64,000 nt of DNA from an uncultured delta proteobacterium (GTDB taxonomy: Bacteria; Desulfobacterota; Binatia; UBA9968). Shown here piece after piece: positions 18,410 through 29,331 of the stretch; the first letter of the stretch is position 1, and each line of letters opens with the position of its first letter. The DNA is taken from contig CAWJBB010000072.1 in NCBI GenBank assembly GCA_963840855.1, forward strand, positions 31,481 to 95,480, written 5' to 3'. The notes under the pieces were generated by a model. That model searched no databases, had not been told where the DNA came from, and worked only from the letters and a program-made list of their open reading frames with translations. The translations under genes and the position numbers were made by a program.

Positions 18410-19185
18410 TGGCGCGACAGCATAGATCTTCGCTAGCTTTTGTTTCTCCGGTGATTGCCGTCGTCGTGTGGGAGCTGTTGGCGCTGGCGGGAGTCCTTCG
18501 AGCCAACTACGTCCCTCCACCAAGCCAACTGGGACCTCACCTCGTCGGGCTTCTGGCCGGCGGTGAGCTGTGGCGCCATCTCGGCGTGACCTTATACAGA
18601 CTTTCACTGAGCTTTTTATTTGCACTCATACCAGCCGTGCTCCTCGGCTTGAGCCTGGGAATGTCCCGTAGCCTGAGGTTGGCTCTTGAACCGATCCTCA
18701 ATTCGCTCTATGCGATTCCGAAAATCGCGCTGCTGCCACTGGTGATGTTGGTATTAGGTGTCAACGAGCGCACGCTGATTTTCACATCCACGCTGACAAG
18801 CTTCGTGCAGATGACCGTGAGCACGACGGGCGGCGTGTTGGCGGTGGATCGCAGCATCTTAGAAGCGGGCAAAAACTACGGCGCCACAGGCTGGCGGTTA
18901 TTCCGCTACGTTCTATTTCCCTCAGCCTTGCCTGATATTTTCACGGGCATGCGAATTGGATTGGGTCTTACTCTGGTGCTCGTGATCGCCGTTGAGCTGA
19001 CAGCGGCGCAAGAAGGACTCGGCGCCTTCCTTTGGACGGCAGGCCAGACCTTTTCCGCGAAGGATATGTTCTCGGCCTTTGTCGTGATCGGCGCCCTCGG
19101 TTGGACTCTCACCTATGGCCTGGAACGAATCGGCCGGCGGCTCATGCCTTGGCAGCAGCGGTCGAGCGCTGCTATGTTCTTGTGA
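18409..19185 (+). CDS. ABC transporter permease (NitT/TauT), second
   Basis: ATG overlaps the previous stop (TAATG); AIPKIALLPL; EAGKNYGA. Confidence 0.93.
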   Translation: MARQHRSSLAFVSPVIAVVVWELLALAGVLRANYVPPPSQLGPHLVGLLAGGELWRHLGVTLYRLSLSFLFALIPAVLLGLSLGMSRSLRLALEPILNSLYAIPKIALLPLVMLVLGVNERTLIFTSTLTSFVQMTVSTTGGVLAVDRSILEAGKNYGATGWRLFRYVLFPSALPDIFTGMRIGLGLTLVLVIAVELTAAQEGLGAFLWTAGQTFSAKDMFSAFVVIGALGWTLTYGLERIGRRLMPWQQRSSAAMFL

Positions 19186-19218
19186 CGTGATGTTAATCTC
19201 TCTGCAGGAGGAAAATAC

Positions 19219-20397
19219 ATGAACCGGAACAAATCGTGCTGGGATCGGATAATAACCCCCTTACTAAGACAACTGTTAACAAAAACTCATCACAGGGTAT
19301 TTCAATTGATGGCGTCATTCCCGCGGAAGCGGGAATCTAGGCTATTTCCCAAAAACGTCTGGATGCCCGCTTGCGCGGGCATGACGATCCCGTGGTCGGA
19401 GGCGAGGCTATTCCTCGGGACGTTTTTAGCGACCGCGATCTGGCTCGGGATCGTCGGGTCGGTTTCGGCGCAATCCGTCGTGAAAATTGGTTTTGTTCCG
19501 TCCGAATCGTTTGCGCCGCTTTTCGTGGCGCACGAGCGCGGTCATTTCAAGGCGCAAGGTTTGACCACCGAGCTTGTGCGCTTGCCCAGCGGCGCGGCGA
19601 TTCTCACCCAGGTTTCCACCGGAGATCTGCAAGTGGGCGGCGGCGCCTTCGGCGCGGCAGCATTCAACGCGGCGAATCAGAAGCTCCCGGTGGCGTTTGT
19701 CGCGCCTATGCATTTTGCCTATGTCGAGGACTACCTCGTGGTTCGCAAAGCAGAGATAGACGCGGGCCGTTTCAAGATCGTGGCTGACTTGCGCGGCAAA
19801 GCCTGCGCCATCAATGCCAAAGGCGTGGCGACGGAATGGGTGCTAGACGAGGTGTTGAAACCGGGTGGACTCAGGATCGACAACGTCGACGTCAAGACCT
19901 TGCCATTCCCTGAAATGTTGCCTGCCCTGGACAATGGCGCCATCCACTGCGGCATCATCACGGAGCCATTCGCGACGCAGGCAGAGGAAAAAAACATAGG
20001 CGTGCGGCCGCTCAAGGCCAAGCCCGGAGCGAAGCCGGTTCCGATAACGGTGGCATTCTGGAATAGCGACTGGGCGAAAAAGAGTGATGCTGCTGCCAAA
20101 GCATTCATGAACGGTTATCTGCGCGCGGTAAGAGATCTGTCCGAGCTCAACGCTTGGAAAGCTCCCGTGCATACCGAGATCATCAGCAAACATACTGGCG
20201 TTGCCGCTGCCGTCTTGCTCAAGACGCGCGCGCCTGTCTTCAGTCCCAACCTGGAGCTTGAAGAGAAAGAAATGATGTCGCAGCAGGAGTTCAATCTGCG
20301 TCTTGGCTACTTGAAATATAAAGAGATGAAACCGATCAAAGAATTGGTTGACCTCTCCTATGCCGAAGCCGCGGTCAAGCAGGCGGGACGGAAATAA
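19219..20397 (+). CDS. ABC substrate-binding protein (NMT1/SsuA-like) with a REP palindrome in its 5' end
   Basis: AGGAGG RBS; APLFVAHERGHFKAQGL; TEPF motif; repeat at 19313-19386 lies in frame. Confidence 0.9.
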   Translation: MNRNKSCWDRIITPLLRQLLTKTHHRVFQLMASFPRKRESRLFPKNVWMPACAGMTIPWSEARLFLGTFLATAIWLGIVGSVSAQSVVKIGFVPSESFAPLFVAHERGHFKAQGLTTELVRLPSGAAILTQVSTGDLQVGGGAFGAAAFNAANQKLPVAFVAPMHFAYVEDYLVVRKAEIDAGRFKIVADLRGKACAINAKGVATEWVLDEVLKPGGLRIDNVDVKTLPFPEMLPALDNGAIHCGIITEPFATQAEEKNIGVRPLKAKPGAKPVPITVAFWNSDWAKKSDAAAKAFMNGYLRAVRDLSELNAWKAPVHTEIISKHTGVAAAVLLKTRAPVFSPNLELEEKEMMSQQEFNLRLGYLKYKEMKPIKELVDLSYAEAAVKQAGRK

Positions 20398-20411
20398 AGC
20401 GATTAACCGCC

Positions 20412-20669
20412 ATGAGCCTTTACGAAGTCCAGAAGCTTCTGTTCCACGTTAATCGTGACCCGAAGACGTGGAATCGCTTCCTCGACGAGCGCGACAGACT
20501 GGTCGCTGAGTACCGGTTGACGGATGACGAGCAGCACGCGGTCATGGAAATCGATTTCCGACGGCTTTACGAGATGGGAGTTCATTCGTTGCTGCTGGGT
20601 CCGCTGGCCGCGGCGCTTGGCATGAGCTTTCCCGATTATCTTGCAATCCTGCGGGGGAAACAGCCATGA
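20412..20669 (+). CDS. Extradiol ring-cleavage dioxygenase small (LigA-like) subunit
   Basis: MSLYEVQKLLF...EYRLTDDE...LYEMGVHSLLL, 85 aa, overlapping the start of the LigB-like gene. Confidence 0.8.
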   Translation: MSLYEVQKLLFHVNRDPKTWNRFLDERDRLVAEYRLTDDEQHAVMEIDFRRLYEMGVHSLLLGPLAAALGMSFPDYLAILRGKQP

Positions 20670-21505
20670 GCCTCGTCGGCGCCTTCGCGGCGAGCCATGC
20701 GCCTGGCATAACTGCGCGGCCCTCCCTGCCGCTCGCGGCCGAGTCGGATCCCATCTACCGCGCCTACGATGAACTACGCGCCCAGGTCGCGGCTGCTCAA
20801 CCGGATGTATGGGTCATCGTCTCGTCCGAACACTGGGCGAATTTCTTTCTCGATAATATGCCCTCGTTTTGTGTCGGCATCTCCGACGAGTTCTTCGGAC
20901 CGACGGACGAAAAGTTCGTCAATATTCCGCGCCGGGGCGTGCGCGGAGACGCGCGGCTGGCTCGCGCGCTCGCGGAGAGCGTTGCGGAAGAGGTGGACCT
21001 TTCAACTTCTCAGGAGTTGGCACTCGATCACGGCGTAATGCTCCCGCTCCACATGCTGCGAACCGAGCTGCCGGTGATTCCTATCATCGTTAATTGTCTT
21101 GCGGGCATCCCCGCGCCACTGCATCGTTGCCACGCGCTGGGAGCGGCAATCCGGCGCACGGTGGATCGCTGGCCGGAGCGCGTCGCGCTGCTGGGCAGCG
21201 GCGGGCTCTCGCACTGGCCGGCGATGCCGGAGTCGGGACGAATCGGAATCGACTTTGACCGGCGTTTTCTCGACGCGTTTATCGGTGGCCGGATCGAGGG
21301 CTTCTTGCGCTATCCCAAAGAGAAGCTTGAAGCAGAAGCCGGCCCAGGAGGGCATGAAATTCGCGCGTGGGTCACTGTCGCTGGGGCGGCGAACGGCGCC
21401 CGCGGATCATTGCTCGCCTACCAACCCGTGCCCGCATGGTCGACCGGCTGCGCCGTCGCGGCGCTGCAGGTCGAAGCGGTGGTCAAACAGGCCGAACGGA
21501 AATAA
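20666..21505 (+). CDS. Class III extradiol dioxygenase (LigB/MhpB-like)
   Basis: ASHAPG, SSEHWANFF, LDHG, GSGGLSHWP and HEIRAW motifs. Confidence 0.9.
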   Translation: MSLVGAFAASHAPGITARPSLPLAAESDPIYRAYDELRAQVAAAQPDVWVIVSSEHWANFFLDNMPSFCVGISDEFFGPTDEKFVNIPRRGVRGDARLARALAESVAEEVDLSTSQELALDHGVMLPLHMLRTELPVIPIIVNCLAGIPAPLHRCHALGAAIRRTVDRWPERVALLGSGGLSHWPAMPESGRIGIDFDRRFLDAFIGGRIEGFLRYPKEKLEAEAGPGGHEIRAWVTVAGAANGARGSLLAYQPVPAWSTGCAVAALQVEAVVKQAERK

Positions 21506-21533
21506 CAAACGGGACTTCATGCTTCCGGGAGAC

Positions 21534-21622
21534 TCACCGCGGAGGCGCTGAGGACGCTGAGGAAAGAATTTTATCCTTAGGAAATATTCCGAACTCTGCG
21601 AACTCGGCGTCTCTGTGGTGAA
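21534..21622. repeat. 9-nt-period inverted repeat element (TCACC...GGTGA ends)
   Basis: tcaccgcggaggcgctgaggacgctgag ... ctctgcgaactcggcgtctctgtggtgaa. Same architecture at 29332-29513 and 31413-31496. Confidence 0.7.
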
Positions 21623-21652
21623 TTACGATCCGGAGAATTAAGAGGAGCGGCA

Positions 21653-23324
21653 ATGCGCGTCTACGAAGCCATCGGTGAAACGTTAAAGAAACTCGAAGTG
21701 CAGGCGACGTTTGGCCTGATGGGTGACGGCAATCTGCGCTTTATGACTCACCTGGCGCACGATTTGGATATGCCATACTACGCTGCCCGGCACGAAGGAG
21801 GAGCGGTGGCGATGGCCGACGGCTACGCGCGCGTGACCGGTCGGGTGGGCGTATGCAGCGTCACGCAAGGGCCGGGAGTGACCAACACGCTGACGGCGCT
21901 GACCGAGGCGCGCAAAGCCGGCTCGCCTCTTCTGCTGCTCGCCGGCGACTCGCCGATCCGATTCGTGCGCCACAATCAGGATGTCGATCAGACGGCGATC
22001 TTTAATTCGGTGGGAGTGGCAGTTGAGCGAGTGCGCACAGCCCGATACCGTCATCGCCGATGTCGCCCGCGCGTTCAATCGAGCGTGGGCGTCGCAGCGC
22101 CCGGTCGCCATGCAATTTCCCACCGACATGCAAGATCTGCCGTGCGATGAAACTGCGCTCCAGGCGGTGTCCGCGCAGCGTCCGCCCGCCAGCCTCCCGC
22201 CACCGGAAGCCATCAAGTTGGCCGCCGATCTCGTTGCCGCTGCCAAGCGGCCGGCGATCATCGCCGGGCGCGGCGCGGTCCGCGCTGGCGCGAGACAGGC
22301 GCTCGAACAGTTGGCGGAACAGATCGGCGCGATCCTGGCAACGACGGCTCAGGCCAAGGGCTTGTTTGCCGGCAATCCTTTCTACGTCGGCAGCTCCGGC
22401 GGCTTCGCTTCGTCACTCGGTGAAAGGCTGATACCCGAAGCGGATCTGATTTTGGCGTTCGGCGCGAGCCTCAATCACTGGACGACTCGGAACCGCGAAC
22501 TGTATGCCGCGTCCGCGCGCATCATCCACTGTGACGTGGAGCGCGCGGCCATCGGCGCCCTTACGCCGGTTGACCTTGGTTTGGCGGGCGACGCTGCCGC
22601 CAGCGCCGAAGCGCTGAGCGAGGAACTGGCCCGCCGCGGACACAACGCGATTGGTTTTCGCACGGCCGAAATCAGGCGCGAGATTAAGGAGTTTCGTCTC
22701 GACGACTTCGAGGATCAAAGCAACGGCCACACCATCGACCCGCGCGCGCTGATGCTGAAGCTCGATCAGATGCTGCCCCGCGAGCGTACGGTGGTGCTCG
22801 ACAGCGGCCATTGCATGGGTTGGGCCGCCGTCTACCTCTCGGCGCCCGACGCCGCGGGCTTCATTTTTTCCAACGACTACCAAGCCGTCGGCCTGGGGTT
22901 GGGAACCGCCTTTGGCGCCGCCATCGCCCGCCCCGACCGTCTAACCGTTTTAACACCGGGAGACGGCGGACTCATGATGACTCTCGGCGAGCTGGAGACC
23001 TTCGTGCGCTACAACGTCCCTTTACTTGCGATCGTCATCAACGATGCAGCATACGGCGCCGAGGTCCATCTGCTGCAAAATGTCGGACTGTCATCGGACG
23101 GCGCTCTGTTTCGCGATAATGACTTTGCTGCCATCGCAACTGCGATGGGCGCGCAGGGGATTACTGTCCGCGATATTACGGATCTCGACCGGCTTCGGCC
23201 GTGGCTCGATCATCCGCACGGCGCAATGGTCGTCGATTGCAAGGTGGACCCGCAACTGCGCGGCGAATGGTTCGGCAAAGTCTTCGCGCCCGGCGGTTGG
23301 TATCAGCGCATGTGCGGCCATTAG
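21653..23324 (+). CDS. Thiamine diphosphate-dependent enzyme, acetolactate-synthase-like superfamily (frameshift near 22040)
   Basis: ARHEGGAVAMADGYAR, QGPGVTN in the first frame; GDGGLMM...INDAAYG in the second. Confidence 0.9.
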
Positions 23325-23423
23325 TCGATTTTGGATCGACGATCCTTCGGCTTCGCTCAGGACAGGTTTTGGATTTTCGATTGAAGACGGCTGTTCAAAC
23401 CGTCAAATCGCCTGATAACCGGC

Positions 23424-23873
23424 TCAACACTGCCGCAGGTAGCCAGTGGGAGTGAGAACAGCCAGCCGGGTACGACGAGAAAAGTCCTTCGTATTCCAAG
23501 TAACAATGGCCTCGGCGTTATAATTTTCGGCATCCCTTAAGAGTAAGGCGTCGCCAAAGCTCATCTTCTTCGCGATAGCGACTGTGACTTCTTTAACAAA
23601 ATCGTGCCACCACGCCTCAGCATCTTTCTGACTGAGGCCGTGCACATTGATGACGTGAACAGGGTAAATTGTGTCAAACCGAAAGAGCCAATCGTCCAAC
23701 TCGCCGGCAGAGAGCCTGTGAGAAGCACCCCCGCAGACTTCCAACAGAGTCAGTATGGAAATGGCAGCGTCGAGAAAAGGAAGCTTTTCGATAAAGCTCC
23801 GGTTCTGTGAGTAGAGAGCGTCCCGTGGATAAAATCGATCGATGATGAAGACATTGCTATCGACGAAGACCAA
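23424..23873 (-). CDS. PIN-domain (VapC-like) toxin
   Basis: VFVDSNVFI, TLLEV, SFGDALL, IVTWNTKDF. Confidence 0.85.
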   Translation of the reverse strand: MVFVDSNVFIIDRFYPRDALYSQNRSFIEKLPFLDAAISILTLLEVCGGASHRLSAGELDDWLFRFDTIYPVHVINVHGLSQKDAEAWWHDFVKEVTVAIAKKMSFGDALLLRDAENYNAEAIVTWNTKDFSRRTRLAVLTPTGYLRQC

Positions 23874-24207
23874 AGCGGTCCCCTTTCACGAACCGATCCA
23901 TTTCCTGCCAAGTCTTAAATGGAAGGGCTCTTCTAATTTTCTCGCTAATCCGTTCGAATCTTCGTCGGGCAACCTCCGGGCTCTCCGATTTGAGCTCCGG
24001 ATGCTTAGCGAGAATACTTTCCTTGAGGCTATCGTAGAGACTGGTCGGATACCGTTCATCAGCCTCGACATCCCGTCGCTCATACCGTTTGAGCGTGGCC
24101 ACAGGCTTTCCCCGGCGCGTTACGACCACAGCCTTTCCCTTTTCGGCTTCACGAATCAACGCAGTTGTCTGGTTCTTAAGATCCCGTACGGTGGCGAACT
24201 TGGCCAT
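23857..24207 (-). CDS. Phd/YefM-family antitoxin
   Basis: TVRDLKNQTTALIREAEKGKAVVVTRRGKPVA; overlaps the PIN gene. Confidence 0.9.
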   Translation of the reverse strand: MAKFATVRDLKNQTTALIREAEKGKAVVVTRRGKPVATLKRYERRDVEADERYPTSLYDSLKESILAKHPELKSESPEVARRRFERISEKIRRALPFKTWQEMDRFVKGDRFGLRR

Positions 24208-24374
24208 GATTCCTCCTCAATGTAGCAACCAAGATAGCAACACTAAATGAGGGGGTCAATGAACCCGACGACCTCGTGGGCATTTTTCCCTTTTAAAATC
24301 AGAGAATCATATTCGCCTTGACCGCCGTAATCACCTGACGTAAAAGTCAGCTCAGCACGGTCCGATCGTATTTT

Positions 24375-27323
24375 ATGGCTGCCACCACCAAGAAAGGTTC
24401 CCGAAAAACCAAGCCAAAACCACGCTGCACCGGTGGTGAAAAAGTCTCAGCCAAAACAAGCAGAAAATATTCAGTCATTGCGGCGCGAGCGTGACGAGTC
24501 ACTCGCGCGGGAGGCGGCGACGGGCGATATCCTGCGGATGATCGCCCGCGCGCCAGCAGATCTTCAATCTGTGCTCGATGCGATTGCCGAGCGAGCGGCG
24601 AGACTCTGTGACGCGGCAGATGCTGCCATCTTTCGCGTCGATGGCAATTTTAACGTTTAGTTGCGCACTTTGGACCGATCCCCTTGGTAGTCACTCTGGG
24701 TGAGGGCCGCGTCATCGATCGTGACACGCCCCCTGGCCGAGCGATTGTCGATCGCCAGACGATCCATGTACCCGACCTCGTGGCGGCGGAGACTGAATTC
24801 CCGAGTGCGGGAGGCTTAAGGACGGCCGTTCGCACTTTACTAGCTACGCCATTGCTCCGCGAAGGCGTCCCGATCGGAGTAATTCATATCCGCCGCACCG
24901 AAGTTCGGCCATTCTCGGAAAAGCAAATCGCTCTCCTTCAGACTTTCGCCGATCAAGCGGTGATTGCGATTGAGAATTCGCGATTGTTTCAGGAACTCAC
25001 GCATAAAAGCGCAGATCTCGAAACCACCAACTCAGAACTTCGCGAGGCTCTGGAGCAGCAGACCGCAACGAGCGAGATCCTGCGCGTGATCGCTAGCTCG
25101 CCAACGGATTTGCAGCCAGTGCTGGATGCCGTTGCGGAGAATGCCGCGCGGGTCTGTGGTGCGAACGATTCCTTGATCCGCCTCGTGGATGGCGATGCTC
25201 TGCGACATGTGTCGCAGTACGGGTATCTGCCGACCTTTCCGCGGGGTGAGTCCAGGCCCCTTGTGCGAGGGTGGATATCCGGGCGGGCGGTAATCGACCG
25301 CCAAACTATCCACATCCATGACGTCGCGGCGGAGTCTGAGGGCGAGTTCCCCGACTCCATGGCCCTCCAGCAACGTTACGACTTTCGCACCGTCCTCGCC
25401 ACGCCGTTGTTGCGTGAGGGTGTCCCGATTGGGGCCATTACGATTCGGCGCGCCGAGGTCAACCCCTTCTCAGAAAAGCAGATCGCACTTCTCAAAACCT
25501 TCGCCGACCAAGCGGTGATCGCGATTGAGAACGTGCGGCTGTTCAAGGAGATCCAGGAGCGCAACGCAGAATTGCGCGAGGCGCTGGAGCATCAGACGGC
25601 AACGGCCGAGGTGCTCGGCATCATCAGCCGCTCGCCAACGGATGTACAGCCGGTCCTCGACTCCATCGTCGAGAGCGCCGCCCGGGTTTGTGGGATCGAC
25701 GACGTCCTGCTGCGACTTCGCGAGGGGAGCGCTATGGTTGCACGGGCTCATTTTGGTCCCGTACCAAGCCAGCGCTTTGAGATCGGTATTGATGAGCCAG
25801 AGTATCTCTGGGTGCGCGAACACGGCACGCTCCACGTTCCCGATGTTCGCGCGCAAAATGATTTTCCGCGATTGGGTGCCACCGGCAGCTGGCGCACTTT
25901 CTTGGCCGTCCCCTTACGTCAGCAGGGAGAACTCATTGGAGGACTGATCGCGCGTCGGACCGAGGTACGCCCCTTCACCCCGGCGCAGATCAAGCTCCTC
26001 GAAACCTTTGCTGATCAGGCGGTCATCGCGATCGAGAACGTGCGACTCTTCCAAGAACTCGAAGCACGAACGCGCGAGCTAGTGCAATCGGTTGGGGAAC
26101 TGAAAGCGCTGGGCGAGGTTGGCCAAGCCGTCAGCTCTACTCTCGATCTTCAGACCGTGCTTAGCGCCATCGTTGGCCACTGCGGTTCAGCTCTCCGGAA
26201 CCAGTGGCGGTGTTATCTACGAGTTCGACGAAGCTGCGCAAGAGTTTCACCTCAGGGCGAGTTTTCGCATGGAGGGGGAGATAGTTCAGGCGCTTCAGGT
26301 GACACCGGTCCGTCCGGGGCAAGGCGCGACGGGGCAAATGGCGACGGTTCGTGCGCCAGTTCAAGTGCCGGACATTTTAGAGGAGCGAGAATATACGGGT
26401 ACTCGCGTGCGGCCCATGCTTGCACGTCTCGGCTATCGATCTGTTCTGGCGGTTCCGCTGCTGCGCGAGGATCGGATCATGGGCGCCTTGACGGTCTGGC
26501 GCAAGGAAGCTGGCAACTTCTCAACCGAAGTGGTGAATCTCCTCCAAACCTTCGCCACCCAATCCGCCTTGGCGATCCAAAACGCCCGGCTGTTCCGTGA
26601 GATCGAGGATAAGAGCCGGCAGATCGAAGCGGCTAATCGCCACAAGTCGGAGTTCCTCGCCAACATGTCCCATGAGCTGCGCACGCCGCTCAACGCCATC
26701 ATCGGCTTCTCTGAAGTCTTGGGCGAGAGATTGTTCGGCGAGCTAAACGAGAAACAAGCCGAGTACACCGACGACATCCTCTCTTCCGGCCGCCATCTGT
26801 TATCCCTGATCAATGAGATTCTCGATCTCTCCAAGGTCGAGGCCGGCCGCATGGAGCTGGAACTGGCTGCGTTCGATCTCCCCTTGGCTATAGACAACGC
26901 GCGCACCTTTGTGCGCGAGCGCGCCACCAGGCATGGCATCACGCTCGACGTTGCGGTTGACGACCGTCTTGGCGAGTTCGTCGGCGACGAGCGCAAGATC
27001 AAGCAGATTCTTCTCAATCTGCTTTCCAACGCAGTGAAGTTCACACCGGAGGGAGGGCGGATCGGGATTGAAGCCAGGCAGGCCGACGGTGTCTGTGGAG
27101 ATATCAGTCAGTGACACCGGCATCGGCATCGCGCCGGAGGACCAGCCAAAGATCTTCGAGGAATTTCGCCAGGTGGGAGCGGACTATGCGCACAAGAGCG
27201 AGGGGACGGGACTGGGGTTAACGTTGGCCAAGAAGTTCGTCGAACTGCATGGCGGGAAGGATCTGGGTGGAAAGCGAAGTTGGCAAGGGCAGTAAGTTCA
27301 CGTTCACGCTGCCACTCCAGTGA
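24375..27323 (+). CDS. Cytoplasmic sensor histidine kinase with four GAF domains (several frameshifts)
   Basis: Repeated [19 protein letters not shown] GAF ends; H-box [14 protein letters not shown]; [10 protein letters not shown]; DTGIGI; GTGLGL. Pieces spread over ORFs 24433, 24684, 26119 and 27068. Confidence 0.9.
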
Positions 27324-27492
27324 TTTTGGATTTTAGATTGCCGATTTTGGATTGGGGAACCGGAAAAATCATTGCTCGCGCAAAGCATGTCCTGAGCCTG
27401 GTCGAAGGGGTGCCAACGTGAGGGGCAGAAGCCCGTCATCCCGAGCGAATGCGAGGGATCTAAGAAAGATTTCTCCCGTTGGTCGAAATGAC
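27323..27492. repeat. Composite of GATTTT heptamers, CCTGAGC..GTCGAAGG palindrome and GTCATCCCGAG palindrome
   Basis: gattttggattttagattgccgattttggatt; catgtcctgagcctggtcgaaggg; core 27435-27492 identical to 17424-17481. Confidence 0.85.
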
Positions 27493-27577
27493 AACGGTTT
27501 TTCATTGCGAGCTTGGCGTCCCTCGACTCGGCTCTGGAATGCTTGGGGCGATAAACTTTCTTGAGAGGGAGAAAAAA

Positions 27578-28055
27578 ATGTCTCTACAGGTGAAGCGCGA
27601 GAATGTGCCGGAGAAAAAGGTGGTGCTCAAGACCGGAGAGGGCGAAGGCTCTATGATCATTCGGCAGGCCTTCGGTAACGAGAGCAGTCTCCTGGTCGTG
27701 TCGAGACCGCCGGGCTATCATACCAGGCCGCACATGCACGCTTCGGAGCAGATTAATCATGTGCTCGAAGGCGAAATCTGGTTCTTCGTGGAAGACAGAG
27801 GTTACCACTGTAAAAAGGGGACTTTCACGCATCCCGGCGAATCGCGTCCACTGGGCGTGGAATCGTTCCAACGCCGTCACCACGGTAGTCGAATCTCATT
27901 CGCCGCCGCTGGTCGGCGGTGATCTCCGAGAAGGGGCAGCAGCGCTTTTCGATGAAAATGAAAGGCCGCAACTGAGAGCGGAAGGTGAAAACAAGTTTGT
28001 CGCTTACGATTCGGAGAAAGTGGAACGGCAATATTTTTCCGATAAGAAAGAATAA
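27578..28055 (+). CDS. Cupin-domain protein (frameshift near 27820)
   Basis: GYHTRPHMHASEQINHVLEGEIWF then RIPANRVHWAWN in another frame. Confidence 0.85.
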
Positions 28056-28159
28056 GCAACGAATTTGCGAGCGGTGACTTTTAAAGTCCTCATTGGGAAT
28101 GTTTGAAATCCCTCTTCATCAGGCGAAACAATTTTCAGCGAAATGTTTGCGAGGCGAAC

Positions 28160-29317
28160 ATGAGCAGTGTTTGCGGCAATAGGGTTAACCCAAATCGTCA
28201 TGCCCCCGCGGAAGGCGGGCATCCAGGTGGTTCTGGGAGAGAACTGGATTTCCGCTTTCGCGGGAATGACGGCAGGGGCATTTTTCGGTCGGTTTCAAGC
28301 CCGCATCTCTTAAATTCCTCGGCTTACAGTCTGAGGTGGTTTAAATTGCTTTTGCTTGCCTCCTTCGTCGGTGGCTTTTGGTGGGACGTTGGCACCGCTC
28401 AAGAGCTGAAGCGCCTTCGCTACGGCACGACGATCAGCACCGTCAATTTACCGGTCTGGGTTGCCAAAGAAAGCCGTCTGTTCGCCAAGTACGGGCTCGA
28501 CCCTGAAGTGATTATGATTCAGGCCGGCGCTTTGACGACCTTGGCGATTATCAGCGGGGAGTTGCAGTTCTCCGGCGCCGGCGCCGCGTCGGTTCTGGCG
28601 GCGCGGATCAAAGGCGGTGATATTGCCCTCGTGGCATGTCCGGCGGATTCGGATCTTGTTTATCTCGTGGCTCGGCCGGAGATAAAAAGCGCCGCCGAGC
28701 TCAAAGGAAAATCGAGCGCGGTGACCCGTCTGGGTTCGACGACTCATTTCTATCTGCGCTCGGCGCTCAAGTACGCGGGGCTTAATGCCGAAAAAGATGT
28801 CACGATCCTCCAGCTCGGCACTGAATACGCTGCGGCGTTGGAAACGGGAAGGATTGCCGCCGCGGCGTTGCCCTTCGATCTCGCGTTGCCCTATTTGCAG
28901 AAAGGCTGGCCGGTGCTGCTGGATTTATCCAAGACCGATTTCGTCTATCCCGCCTCTTGCGTGGTGAGCAGCCGGGCCTTTGTGAAGGAGAATCCTGATA
29001 TCGTGGAACGATTTCTCAAAGCGTACGTCGAAGCGATCCATCTAATGAAAAAGGATCACAGCGCCGGCGAAAGAGCCTATATCAAGTGGCTCAAACCGAA
29101 AGACCCGCTGCTTGCCAAGAAGGCGGTGGAAGCCTACGCGAACTTATTCAAGCCGATTCCGCGCGTCACCGATCGAGGCATCAAGGCGGTCCTGGAGGAG
29201 CTCGCGTCATCGACGCCCGTGCCGAAAGAGATGATCGACCGTCCGGATTACTTCCGAGACAGCGGACCGTTGGAAAAACTCGTCGCGAGCGGCTGGATCG
29301 AGCAACTCAGGAAATAG
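28160..29317 (+). CDS. ABC substrate-binding protein (NMT1/THI5-like) with an in-frame REP palindrome
   Basis: LPVWVAKESRLFAKYGL, ELKGK..AVTRLGS; repeat at 28196-28271 precedes the hydrophobic signal; start uncertain. Confidence 0.88.
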   Translation: MSSVCGNRVNPNRHAPAEGGHPGGSGRELDFRFRGNDGRGIFRSVSSPHLLNSSAYSLRWFKLLLLASFVGGFWWDVGTAQELKRLRYGTTISTVNLPVWVAKESRLFAKYGLDPEVIMIQAGALTTLAIISGELQFSGAGAASVLAARIKGGDIALVACPADSDLVYLVARPEIKSAAELKGKSSAVTRLGSTTHFYLRSALKYAGLNAEKDVTILQLGTEYAAALETGRIAAAALPFDLALPYLQKGWPVLLDLSKTDFVYPASCVVSSRAFVKENPDIVERFLKAYVEAIHLMKKDHSAGERAYIKWLKPKDPLLAKKAVEAYANLFKPIPRVTDRGIKAVLEELASSTPVPKEMIDRPDYFRDSGPLEKLVASGWIEQLRK

Positions 29318-29331
29318 TGCTGTAATTCCTA

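Noticed and set aside
24480-26600. Long direct DNA repeats
   Set aside because: Explained by tandem GAF domains of the histidine kinase.
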